Source of the DNA: Nitrospinota bacterium
GTDB lineage: Bacteria > UBA8248
Assembly: GCA_046581755.1 (NCBI GenBank)
Contig: JAYGFR010000127.1
Coordinates: 1-36,164, forward strand
Direction: 5' to 3'
Length of the DNA stretch: 36,164 nt
The notes under the pieces are model-generated. The model saw only the letters and a program-made list of their open reading frames with translations. It was not told where the DNA came from and ran no database searches. Position 1 is the stretch's first letter; each line of letters begins with the position of its first letter. Made by a program: the position numbers and the translations under genes. Positions 17,239 through 25,983 of this stretch are shown one piece after another.

Positions 17239-18192
17239 ATGACCAGCCGCCGGGAAACCGCCAGAACGCTTCTGGGGCACCTAAACCTTATACGCAGCGC
17301 AGGTGTGCGCTACATCGCCATGGACTGCGCCGGCGGCGCTGCCTCATCCACCTCAGTCAAATTAAACGGGCAGGGAGAACTCGACGGAATTTTCGCCGGG
17401 CCGGGGCCATCTGTAGCCGCAACACACCATTCCGCTACACCTTCTGCAACCCAACGCACATCGGACGAAGCTACAACGCCCGTCCCGCGTAAAAAAGAAA
17501 TGCCGGCCCCGGCACTCTCCCTGCCCTTACAGGAGGAATTCATGGCCGCCGCGCCAGGTACCGCCCCAAATCAGGATGCCACGCCACCCCTGCCATTCGA
17601 CCCGGAAGAGGAGATGACCCTCGACGCGCTCGCGGGCGCTGTGGAGGGATGTGTTCGCTGCCAGCTGGGCCACGGCCGGACAAACATCGTCTTCGGGGTG
17701 GGCAACCCCAAAGCCGATCTTTTGTTTGTGGGCGAGGCCCCCGGCCGCGACGAAGACGCGCAGGGCATCCCCTTCGTCGGCCGTGCCGGGCAGATGCTCA
17801 CCCGCATGATCGAAAACGTCATCAAAATTCCCCGGAGCGAGGTCTATATCTGCAACATCCTCAAATGCCGCCCCCCGGGCAACCGCAACCCCGAGCCAGG
17901 TGAAATCGCCTGCTGCGAGCCCTATCTCCACAAACAGATCGACATCCTCCGCCCCCGGATCATCGTCGCCCTGGGCAAATTCGCCGCCCAGTGGCTCCTC
18001 GCCACCCAGACCCCCATCGGCAAACTGCGCGGCAAATTCGGGCGCTACCGGGGCATCCCCACCCTCGCCACCTACCATCCGGCCTACCTGCTCCGGAGCC
18101 CCGGCCAAAAGCGCATCGTCATGGACGACCTTCTCCGGATCAAGGCCATCCTCGAGGGCGAGACCGAGCCCCCCGTCGAGATCTACTCCTAG
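17239..18192 (+). CDS. udg: Type-4 (Fe-S) uracil-DNA glycosylase with an N-terminal extension
   Basis: [33 protein letters not shown] and TYHPAYLLR motifs. Usual position after coaBC. Confidence 0.93.
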   Translation: MTSRRETARTLLGHLNLIRSAGVRYIAMDCAGGAASSTSVKLNGQGELDGIFAGPGPSVAATHHSATPSATQRTSDEATTPVPRKKEMPAPALSLPLQEEFMAAAPGTAPNQDATPPLPFDPEEEMTLDALAGAVEGCVRCQLGHGRTNIVFGVGNPKADLLFVGEAPGRDEDAQGIPFVGRAGQMLTRMIENVIKIPRSEVYICNILKCRPPGNRNPEPGEIACCEPYLHKQIDILRPRIIVALGKFAAQWLLATQTPIGKLRGKFGRYRGIPTLATYHPAYLLRSPGQKRIVMDDLLRIKAILEGETEPPVEIYS

Positions 18193-18247
18193 GGCGAATA
18201 TTTCGAAACGCGCCATCCGTTTATTCCCGAATCCGCGCCCTGCCGCC

Positions 18248-18594
18248 CGTATATTCGGGGAAATGCGCCCTCTTTCGCCGCCCCCCTTTTCGCCCTTCGC
18301 GCCCCAAAAATGCGCCCAGGTGCCCGGAAATTCGCCCCGAAATTCGCCCGGCCCGATAGTCTCTCTTTTTCCGGCAGGAACTTTTCCGGGAAGAACTCAC
18401 GCCTGATCGCACGGAAATTAGGGGAAATGCGCCCTCTCCCAAGCGCAATCTCCCCTAATCCGCCCCAAAATTACCCAACGGGTTCAGCCCTGCCTTTCTA
18501 AAATTCGCCCGGCCACATTTCCCCCGAATACGGCCAATTTCCCTTTTTTTGCATAAATGCGCCCACCCGCCCAAACAAGCGGGCAACCGCGCCC
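18248..18594. repeat. Non-coding array of AAAT(G/T)CGCCC direct repeats with ~160-bp periodicity and inverted repeats
   Basis: Exact copies at 18261, 18308, 18328, 18340, 18425, 18501 and 18555. GGGGAAATGCGCCCTCT at 18257 and 18421. AAATTCGCCCGGCC at 18340 and 18501. Confidence 0.8.
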
Positions 18595-18614
18595 GGAAGA
18601 TCTCATATTTCAGA

Positions 18615-18623
18615 TGATATAGT
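18615..18623 (+). promoter_or_regulatory. Putative extended -10 promoter
   Basis: TG-A-TATAGT in an AT-rich patch directly after the repeat array. Confidence 0.45.
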
Positions 18624-18714
18624 ATTTTTGTAGGAGTGAATCGACAGTCACGCCGGACCAGAGCACCGGCCAACCGGACCGGACAACCGGACTCAACAAC
18701 CGGAGGAAGCGCCC

Positions 18715-18900
18715 ATGTCGCCCGATCGGAAATGCTCCTGCGGGCCCGCCTCCAAATCCGGGGAAACTCCGATTCGGCCCCTGCCTCCGGGGCTGGCCCT
18801 ACTCAATTCTCATCCGGACATCGTCATCCCCAGCGGCAGGGCACCCCAACCATTCAAGCCGATCCCCCCGGATTTGCGCCAGCCCCGAATCCCTATATAA
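18715..18900 (+). CDS. Possible 61-aa Pro-rich ORF or gene remnant
   Basis: GGAGG upstream of the ATG. No recognised domain. Confidence 0.25.
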   Translation: MSPDRKCSCGPASKSGETPIRPLPPGLALLNSHPDIVIPSGRAPQPFKPIPPDLRQPRIPI

Positions 18901-18938
18901 TTCGTCCCATCGTTCACCGCCGAAAAGGACTCGCGCCT

Positions 18939-19802
18939 ATGACCCACGCCGACACGCTCCGCGTCCGCCTCGACTCGCCCGGCATCATCGTCGCGCCGGG
19001 GGTGAGCGACGGGCTCTCGGCGCAGATGGCGGCGGAGGCGGGCTTCGATGTGCTCTACATGACGGGGGCGGGGGTTTCGCTGGGAACCTTCGGGACGCCC
19101 GACGTGGGGCTGCTCACCCTGACCGAGATGGCGGCCGCCTGCGCGCGGATCACCTCGGCCGTGGGCGCTCCCCTCATCGCCGACGCCGACACGGGCTACG
19201 GAAACGCGCTGAACATGACCCGGACGGTGGAGGAGTTCATCCGCGCCGGAGCCGCGGCGATCCAGATCGAGGATCAGGAGACGCCGAAAAAATGCGGCCA
19301 TCTGGAGGGGAAGCGGGTCGTATCCGCCGAGGAGATGGCCCTCAAAATCGAGGCGGCCTGCGCCGCGCGGGGGGATTCGGAGCTGCTCATCGTCGCGCGG
19401 ACGGACGCGCGCCAGTCCCTGGGGATGGACGCCGCGCTCGAGCGCTGCCGCCTCTACCGGGAGGCCGGGGCGGACATCCTTTTTCTCGAAGCGCCCCAGG
19501 GAGAAGAGGAGATCGCCCGGGTGCCCCGGGAGCTGGGCGCCCCCTGCCTCATGAACATGGCAGGAAAATCGGTTCGCCTCCCGGTGAGCCGGCTCGAGGA
19601 GTTCGGCTACAAGATTGTCATCTTCCCGGGCGAGGCCCAGCGCGCGAGCGCCTTTGCCATGCGGGAGGTCTTCGGAGCCTTGCGGGAACGGGGCGGGGTG
19701 GAATCCATCGAGGACCGGCTCCTCGGTTTCGACGAGCGCTTCCGCATCGCGGGATACAGGGAGATTCAAAAAATCGAGAAAAAATTCCTGCCCGCGGACT
19801 AG
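18939..19802 (+). CDS. Isocitrate lyase/PEP mutase family enzyme (PrpB/oxaloacetate decarboxylase-like)
   Basis: PDVGL, DADTGYG, IEDQ..PKKCGH, ARTDA and AGADILFLEA motifs. AAGGA RBS. Confidence 0.93.
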   Translation: MTHADTLRVRLDSPGIIVAPGVSDGLSAQMAAEAGFDVLYMTGAGVSLGTFGTPDVGLLTLTEMAAACARITSAVGAPLIADADTGYGNALNMTRTVEEFIRAGAAAIQIEDQETPKKCGHLEGKRVVSAEEMALKIEAACAARGDSELLIVARTDARQSLGMDAALERCRLYREAGADILFLEAPQGEEEIARVPRELGAPCLMNMAGKSVRLPVSRLEEFGYKIVIFPGEAQRASAFAMREVFGALRERGGVESIEDRLLGFDERFRIAGYREIQKIEKKFLPAD

Positions 19803-20789
19803 AATACTCCCTCGAAATCTTCGGGAAGATTTTTCGGATTGTAATTGTTGGAAGCCTCGTTCCTCCGGTCAACGGCGCTTTGGTGAATTTTGGCCCCCAC
19901 CGCGATGGTCCTTATTTTTCTCCGGGACAACCCTTTTTTTTTTAAAAATCCCGACCTGGAGTCGTACATTTTGTCGTTCGGATCGAGATATAAATGGGCT
20001 TCGAATTCCTTTTTGAATATCAGGCCCCGATCCCGCACCTTTTGGATCATCCACCTCAAGGGGATGTCCGAGAGGCCCTTCATCGCGTAGCCTCCGCCGA
20101 CATTCGAATGGACGCCGGGAAACCAGACCTGCTCGATCGTCTGATAGGGATGGATTGGCGGCTCACTCCAAAGGATCGGATGAAACGCCTTTCTTTCATC
20201 GTCAATGGCAAGGGCCTAACAGGCAAAGGTGACGTTGCGCCCCAGATCCCTGTCGTGAAATTTTTCCATCCAAAACGCGGTGCTCTGAATTGTTTTCGTG
20301 ATGTAGTCCGGCGCGCCGACGGCTCCAACCGTATCCCAAACGCCGATGAATTTAATTTCCCCGCACGGGCGCGAATACCGCTCTACGAAGGCGTCGATTC
20401 TGTTTTGATCTTTCTCTTTCTTGTAAATTTCATAGGCTTTCTTCACCTTGTCCGCGTGTTTTTTTGCAAAATGCCGCACTTGCCCAGCAACCCGCCCAAA
20501 CGCCGGACGGTGAATGCCCCTCTGCTGAACCCGAACAAGAAAATCGCGTCGCCGGGCTCGTATCTGTGAGCGATAAAATCGTAGCATTCCATGATGTTTT
20601 TCGATAAACCCAATCCGAACGCGCTTCCGGTGATTTTCAAGTAGTTCGTTCCCACGCCGCTGTCATAAAATGCCACCTGACCGTCCGAATCCACTTCCAT
20701 GAAACCATAAAGCTTGGCGACGTTCGTGTCCCGATCCTCGAACCGCCTGTTTCCCGTCCGTCCGAAAACACCACGATATTTTTCGGCAT
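19799..20789 (-). pseudogene. DUF2235 (Tle1-like alpha/beta hydrolase) pseudogene
   Basis: Reassembles as KNIVVFSDG(T)GN...TNVAKLY, YDSGVGT, GFSRGA, GVWDTV, ALAIDDER and WFPGVHSNVGGG. Lesions: frameshifts at ~20758 and 20459-20465, and an in-frame TAG at 20216-20218. Confidence 0.9.
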
Positions 20790-20886
20790 TCTAATCCCCT
20801 CCCGTCGGGCGCCCTCGCCCGGAGGCAATTGTTTCATGTTGGATAGCGTTTAAAAATTCGAAAATGCGGGGAGGTTTCCGGAAATG

Positions 20887-20905
20887 CGCCCCGGATTCGG
20901 GGGCG
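20887..20905 (-). terminator. Hairpin immediately after the rarA stop
   Basis: CGCCCC/GGGGCG stem with a weak U-tract. Confidence 0.35.
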
Positions 20906-20909
20906 GAAT

Positions 20910-22451
20910 CTATTCTCCGGCCCCGCCGGGCGGTTTCGGCCTACGCGCTCTCCGGCCCGGCATGGCGGGATCTGTGGGGCGGCAGTCTTTCGAGGGAGGC
21001 TCCTCGGGCACACCCAGGGATTTGCCCATGCGCTCGGCGAGGATTTCCTCGCGGCGCCTCAACCGGCTGGCGATCTCGGCCTCGAAACCCCGCTTGCCCG
21101 GACGGTAGAACCGCTCCCCGCGCAACCCGTCGGGAAGGCCCTCCATCTCGACCACCGCGTCGTCGAACTGGTGGGCGTGCTGGTAGCCCTTCCCGTAGCC
21201 GAGGTCCTTCATCAGGCCGGTGGGCGCGTTCCGCAAATGCTTGGGGACGGGCTCGGCGGGCCGATCCTCGATGGCGCGCTGGACCCGCCCGTAGGCGCGG
21301 TAGACGGAATCGCTCTTGGGGGCCGCCGCGAGGTAGACGGTCAGCTCGGCGATGGCGAGCTTGCCCTCGGGCAGGCCGATAAATTGAAATGCCTGCTGGG
21401 CTGCCATGGCGACCTGAAGCGCTCGGGGGTCCGCCAGGCCCACGTCCTCGGTGGCGAAGCGCACGAGGCGGCGGAGGAGGTACATCGGGTCCTCGCCTGC
21501 CTCGAGCATCCGGCCCAGCCAGTAGAGGGCGCCGTCCGGGTCCGAGCTCCGGAGGGTTTTGTGGAGGGCGCTGATGAGGTTGTAGTGCTCCTCTCCCGAT
21601 TTGTCGTAGAGAAGGACCCGCCTCTGGGCGGCTTCGCTCACCTCGGCCTCGCCGATGGCGGGGGCTCCCTCTCCCCGGGCCGGGCCGCCGGGGGCAGACT
21701 CGTCCAGCGCGATGGCAGCGGCGAGTTCGAGAATGTTCAGCGCCGCGCGGGCGTCCCCGCTGGCAAGGGACGCGATGCGCCGCAGGGCATCCTCTTCGGC
21801 GCGAAGGCCGGTGCGCCCCAGGCCGCGCTCCTTGTCCTCCAGGGCGCCTTGGAGCAGGCCGAGCAGGGAACTCTCCCCCAGGGCTTCGAGGACGAACACC
21901 CGCGCGCGGGAGAGCAGGGCCGCGATGATCTCGAACGAGGGGTTTTCCGTCGTCGCGCCGATCAGGATGACGGTGCCGTCCTCGACGCTGGGGAGGAGGC
22001 CGTCCTGCTGGGCCTTGTTGAAGCGGTGGATCTCGTCGATGAACAGGATGGTCTTGCGGCCCCGGCGGCGCATGGCGCGCGCCTCATCGATGCCCGCGCG
22101 AAGGTCCTTTACCCCGTGGAGGACGGCGCTCAGGGTGATGAAGTGGGCCCCCGTGCGCTGGGCGATAATCCGGGCGAGGGTGGTCTTTCCGGTTCCTGGC
22201 GGGCCCCAAAAGATGACCGAGCGAACCTCGTCGCGCTCGATGGCGCGGCGCAGGACCTTCCCCGGGCCGAGGAGGCGATCCTGACCCAGGACCTCATCGA
22301 TGGTGCACGGGCGCATCCGGTCGGCGAGGGGCACGTCTTTTTCGGCGCCCCGGGGGGCCGAGGGCCCAGAAGTGCTACCGGCGCTACCGGCTCGCGCGCC
22401 CCGGCCGCCGGTCCGATCCGGCTCCGGGGGATCGAACAACTCCATCTCCAT
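20910..22451 (-). CDS. rarA: Replication-associated recombination protein A (AAA+)
   Basis: PLADRMRP, GPPGTGKTT, DEIHRFNKAQQD, GATTENPSF, HYNLISALHK, EDVGLADP and HLRNAPT motifs. Confidence 0.96.
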   Translation of the reverse strand: MEMELFDPPEPDRTGGRGARAGSAGSTSGPSAPRGAEKDVPLADRMRPCTIDEVLGQDRLLGPGKVLRRAIERDEVRSVIFWGPPGTGKTTLARIIAQRTGAHFITLSAVLHGVKDLRAGIDEARAMRRRGRKTILFIDEIHRFNKAQQDGLLPSVEDGTVILIGATTENPSFEIIAALLSRARVFVLEALGESSLLGLLQGALEDKERGLGRTGLRAEEDALRRIASLASGDARAALNILELAAAIALDESAPGGPARGEGAPAIGEAEVSEAAQRRVLLYDKSGEEHYNLISALHKTLRSSDPDGALYWLGRMLEAGEDPMYLLRRLVRFATEDVGLADPRALQVAMAAQQAFQFIGLPEGKLAIAELTVYLAAAPKSDSVYRAYGRVQRAIEDRPAEPVPKHLRNAPTGLMKDLGYGKGYQHAHQFDDAVVEMEGLPDGLRGERFYRPGKRGFEAEIASRLRRREEILAERMGKSLGVPEEPPSKDCRPTDPAMPGRRARRPKPPGGAGE

Positions 22452-22580
22452 GATCCGGCTCCTCGAAGGCGGGGGTGGAAGCCGCCGCGCCCCAGCTCTC
22501 TTGACGCGGGTTCCGGCTCAGGTTATCAGGAAGCGTCTTTTCTCTCCATATCCCCTTGCGCGATTGGGAGCCCCGATAAA

Positions 22581-22970
22581 ATGGAAAAAACAGTCATCCA
22601 TACCGATAAAGCCGCCTCCGGAAAGGTTCCGCTCTCCCAGGCCATCCGGGCGGGCGAATGGCTTTTCTGCTCGGGGCAGCTCCCCATCGACCCGGAAACG
22701 GGACAGATCGTCCCGGGCGGCGTGTCCGGGCAGACCCGCCGGATCATCGAGAACCTCAAGGCCGTCTGCGAGGAGGCGGGCACCTCGCTCGCCAACGCCG
22801 TCAAGGTCACGATCTTCATGGCCGATCTGGACGACCTGAAAGAGATGAACGATGTTTTTGAGGAATATTTCGGCACCGCCGACCCGCCCGCCCGGACAAC
22901 CTTTCAGGCCGGCGGAATCATCGCGGGCGCCAGGCTCGAAATCGAGCTCACCGCCTTTATCCCGCAATAG
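22581..22970 (+). CDS. RidA/YjgF-family enamine deaminase
   Basis: SQAI...LFCSGQLPIDP, VKVTIF, PART (catalytic Arg) and LEIE motifs. Confidence 0.9.
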   Translation: MEKTVIHTDKAASGKVPLSQAIRAGEWLFCSGQLPIDPETGQIVPGGVSGQTRRIIENLKAVCEEAGTSLANAVKVTIFMADLDDLKEMNDVFEEYFGTADPPARTTFQAGGIIAGARLEIELTAFIPQ

Positions 22971-23003
22971 GCCGCTATAGGCCGCAACAGGGGAACCCGA
23001 ATC

Positions 23004-23543
23004 ATGAAGAAAACCCTTGTGGGCATTCTGATGGGGAGCGGATCGGACCGCGATGCGATGGAAGCCGCTGCCGGAGCGCTCGAGGAGCTGGGCGTGGGGT
23101 GCGAGATGCGCATCCTCTCGGCCCACCGTACGCCGGATGAAGTCCGCGAATACGTCAGCCAGGCGCCGGGGCGCGGCATCCGCGTCCTCATCGCCGGAGC
23201 GGGGATGGCCGCCCATCTCGCCGGAGCCGCGGGCGCGGCGACCGACCTTCCCGTCATCGGCGTCCCCATGAACAGCTCCCCCTTGGGGGGGCTGGACGCC
23301 CTTCTCTCGACGGTCCAGATGCCGCCCGGAATCCCGGTGGCCACCATGGGCATCGGCGCCGCCGGGGCGCGCAACGCGGGCCTGTTCGCCGCGCGCATCA
23401 TCGCCCTCTCGGATCCGGCCCTGGCCAAACGCTACCGCCGCTTCGGTGAGAGCCAGCGTAAAAAAGTCCTCGCAGCGGACGCGGCGCTTCAAAAAAAGCG
23501 GGGCCGGCCGAAAAAATCGGCCCAGCGCGCTCCCCGGAAATAG
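23004..23543 (+). CDS. purE: N5-CAIR mutase
   Basis: MGSGSD, SAHRTP, AGAGMAAHL, PVIGVP, LLSTVQMPPGIPVAT and NAG motifs. Confidence 0.96.
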   Translation: MKKTLVGILMGSGSDRDAMEAAAGALEELGVGCEMRILSAHRTPDEVREYVSQAPGRGIRVLIAGAGMAAHLAGAAGAATDLPVIGVPMNSSPLGGLDALLSTVQMPPGIPVATMGIGAAGARNAGLFAARIIALSDPALAKRYRRFGESQRKKVLAADAALQKKRGRPKKSAQRAPRK

Positions 23544-23548
23544 CCCGC

Positions 23549-24181
23549 GTGGCGGAAACCCTCCCCGTCAGCCCGGATGCGCCCGGCGATGCCGTCATCG
23601 AGCGCGCGGCCGCATCGCTCCGCGGGGGCGGGGTGGTGGCGCTGCCCACCGACACCCTGTACGGCCTCTGCGCCCGGGCCGAAGACGCCGGGGCTCTCGA
23701 AAAACTCTACGCCATCAAGGGCCGCCGGCCGGGCAAGGGCGCTCCGGTTCTCATCGGCCACCTGGATCAGCTTCTCATCCTCACCCAGCCGCTGAATGAG
23801 GAGCTCTGGAAACGGTTCTACCTCCTCTGGCCGGGGCCGCTGACGCTCATCCTCCCGGCGAGGGAGAATCTTTCCCCCCTTCTGGCCGAGAAGGGCGGCG
23901 TCGCCGTCCGCTTTCCGGACCAGCCCCTTTGCCAGACGCTCGCGCGCACGGCGGGGCCCTTCGCCGCCACCAGCGCCAACTCGCCGGGGGAGCCGCCCCT
24001 GGCGGATGCGGCCTCCATCGCCGCCCGCTTCGGCGGGGAGATCGACCTCATCCTCGACGGCGGTCCCCCCGCCGGGGCGCCGCCATCCACCGTGGTGGAC
24101 GCGCGGGCCGGCGCACCCCTCCTTTTGCGCGAGGGCGCGGTCCCGTTCGATAAGGTGCTCGAAATCTGGGGTGATGCCTGA
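23549..24181 (+). CDS. tsaC: L-threonylcarbamoyladenylate synthase (YrdC/TsaC, short form)
   Basis: PTDTLYGL, KGR, WPGPLTLI, ATSAN and PSTVVD motifs. Confidence 0.92.
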   Translation: MAETLPVSPDAPGDAVIERAAASLRGGGVVALPTDTLYGLCARAEDAGALEKLYAIKGRRPGKGAPVLIGHLDQLLILTQPLNEELWKRFYLLWPGPLTLILPARENLSPLLAEKGGVAVRFPDQPLCQTLARTAGPFAATSANSPGEPPLADAASIAARFGGEIDLILDGGPPAGAPPSTVVDARAGAPLLLREGAVPFDKVLEIWGDA

Positions 24182-24189
24182 CCGGGGGG

Positions 24190-24489
24190 CTATTCGGGCT
24201 CGGGAAATTCGATGACGACTTCCCCCTCGCTCTCGAAGGCGCACTGGCATGAGAGGCGGTAATCGCCGGGATCCCAGCCGTAAGCGTCCAGGGTATCGCG
24301 CTCATCCTCTTCCTGGGGGGAGATGAACTCCGCGCCGGATATCACGATGACCTTGCAGGTCGAGCAGGCGCAGTTTCCGCCGCAGTCGTTGGGATGGTCG
24401 ACATCGTTGTCTAGATTGGCTTCGAGGATGGTGCTCCCGATATCGGCTTCGTGCACGGTATCGAAATTCTGGATTCGGATCGATGCCAA
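24190..24489 (-). CDS. 2Fe-2S ferredoxin (adrenodoxin/ISC type)
   Basis: CGGNCACSTC...RLSCQ. Start TTG 24489 after GAAAGGAG. Confidence 0.92.
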   Translation of the reverse strand: MASIRIQNFDTVHEADIGSTILEANLDNDVDHPNDCGGNCACSTCKVIVISGAEFISPQEEDERDTLDAYGWDPGDYRLSCQCAFESEGEVVIEFPEPE

Positions 24490-24634
24490 GGGTCTGGCTC
24501 CTTTCAAGTGCGCCGCCCGGCTGCCCGGGCGATCGATAAACCCGCCCCCCTCGAGGGACGTTCCGGACAATCGAACAGCAAGCCGTCTGGGGTGAAGCGG
24601 AGATTACGGACTTCGCCATGCGGATGGGAATTTC

Positions 24635-25279
24635 CTAATAATCGTCGTCATCGTCATTTCCGGCCAACGCCCTGGCCGCTTCCTGGCGCTGGCGCTTGAA
24701 GCTGTAAGCGATGAGTTCCTCCCGATCGTCCTCGTTGATCACCTCGAAGGCGATGGCCGTCTCCAACGCCCGCTTGCCCGAGGGGAGCCGGATCGGGCTG
24801 GCCTTCACGATTTTCCCAACCGCCACGATGATGACGGGATGAAGGGGCGGAAGCGTGAGGACCAGCCTCAGGAGCGTCCCCCTTTTGACCTTCTGGGCAG
24901 CGATCATTCTCATGCCGCCGGATGAAAGATCCACGCACATCGCCTTGTTCAATTTTTTCTGGTCAGCCAAGGTGGCGCCCATCGCCTTCAATACATCGTC
25001 GAGCTTGTCTTCGAGCTGCTTGAAGGCGCGCATGGTCGCCTGGTACATCATGATCTGGGCGGGCGGCACCCCCATGGCCGAAAACGCATCCGCGCCCCCG
25101 GCGCCCGCCGGCCCGTCCGGGCGCTCCGAGGTTCGCGCTTCGAGATACACGGGCTTGAGAAGCTGGACCTCCTTGTCCGTGATGACTTCGTACTCTATCG
25201 AAAATCTTTCGGCTGTCCGCGCCGCGTTGCGCGCCTGTCCGCTGTCTTTTCCGATGGATTCAAATTTTTCGTCTGCCAT
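24635..25279 (-). CDS. PilZ-domain protein with an insertion between the c-di-GMP motifs
   Basis: RNAAR (RxxxR), DLSSGG (DxSxxG), helical insert LEDKLDDVL, C-terminal F..I.EDDREELIAY.F.RQR. Confidence 0.8.
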   Translation of the reverse strand: MADEKFESIGKDSGQARNAARTAERFSIEYEVITDKEVQLLKPVYLEARTSERPDGPAGAGGADAFSAMGVPPAQIMMYQATMRAFKQLEDKLDDVLKAMGATLADQKKLNKAMCVDLSSGGMRMIAAQKVKRGTLLRLVLTLPPLHPVIIVAVGKIVKASPIRLPSGKRALETAIAFEVINEDDREELIAYSFKRQRQEAARALAGNDDDDDY

Positions 25280-25297
25280 TTTAGGATTCCCGGATAA

Positions 25298-25858
25298 TCA
25301 GTCTATTTGCCAAATTCTCGCCAACTCCCCCTGCCGCCGGTACACAAACGAACTAATGGCCTTTCGATCCTCCTCATGGATGCCGACAAACTCACAGGCC
25401 AACTCGTTGATCGAACCCTCTATGCCTGGAAAGTTGCAGACCACCCGCCCCAGCGCGGAGATTTTCAGGGGATAGGGCTCCAGCGTATCGATCTCGATAT
25501 TCAGATCCCAGCCCGGGCTGAGAAGCTGTACCGAACCCATCCGGATCACCGCGCCGGAAATATCGCGTGCATAGGCCCTCTCCATCGGGGAGTTGCTCGG
25601 AAGCGTTTCGGCCACGGCCCCCTCGCCGAGGAGGCGGTCCAGTTTTTTTTCAATCTGATCCAGCCTCTCCAAAATGGCGCCCGCCATCGTTCCGGCTTCT
25701 TCCTCCCGGGAGGAACCCGCACCCCCCCTCCTTTTCAGTCCTTCGTTTCCGCATCCATATAAACGGAGCGGAGCGCTTCGTACTCTTTCTCGAAAACGAC
25801 CGAAAACTTGAAGGGAAACGACACCCCCCCCCGTCCGGGGAAATCCGCGGTCAGAGAC
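25298..25858 (-). pseudogene. Degenerate second PilZ paralog (the C-terminal 129 aa from ATG 25687 remain open)
   Basis: RGFPRT, then (in another frame) VSFPFKFSVVFEKEYEALRSVYMDAETKD*, then LDQIEKKLD...DISGAV...FVGIHEEDRKAISSFVYRRQ. These segments align with the neighbouring PilZ gene. G9 and G7 tracts sit at the frame switches. Confidence 0.7.
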
Positions 25859-25891
25859 CCCTTTTCTCCCGAAATTGCCCTTCTTGCCGAA

Positions 25892-25920
25892 ATTATAGAT
25901 ATCCTTGAATCGATCCGCAA
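25892..25920 (-). promoter_or_regulatory. Putative sigma70 promoter of the PilZ pair
   Basis: TTGCGG-N17-TATAAT. Confidence 0.55.
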
Positions 25921-25983
25921 AACCCTCTTCAGGCGCAGCCGGCTCCGGGCGATCCTCCGGAAATATCATCCGAGGCCCGAAAC

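Noticed and set aside
18193..18600. CRISPR array or replication origin
   Set aside because: The repeats are only 10-17 bp and irregularly spaced, with no cas genes. I found no TTATCCACA-type DnaA boxes and no dnaA/dnaN, and the C-to-G skew change nearby looks local only.
21171..22580. Long antisense ORFs (e.g. 21171-22970, 2508-3986, 8296-9741, 34662-36152)
   Set aside because: These are shadows of GC-rich genes on the opposite strand. Only the RidA portion of the first is real.
25735..25737. TGA as a selenocysteine codon in the PilZ paralog
   Set aside because: It aligns with Arg in the paralog, not Cys, and I saw no SECIS-like hairpin. CGA>TGA is the simpler explanation.
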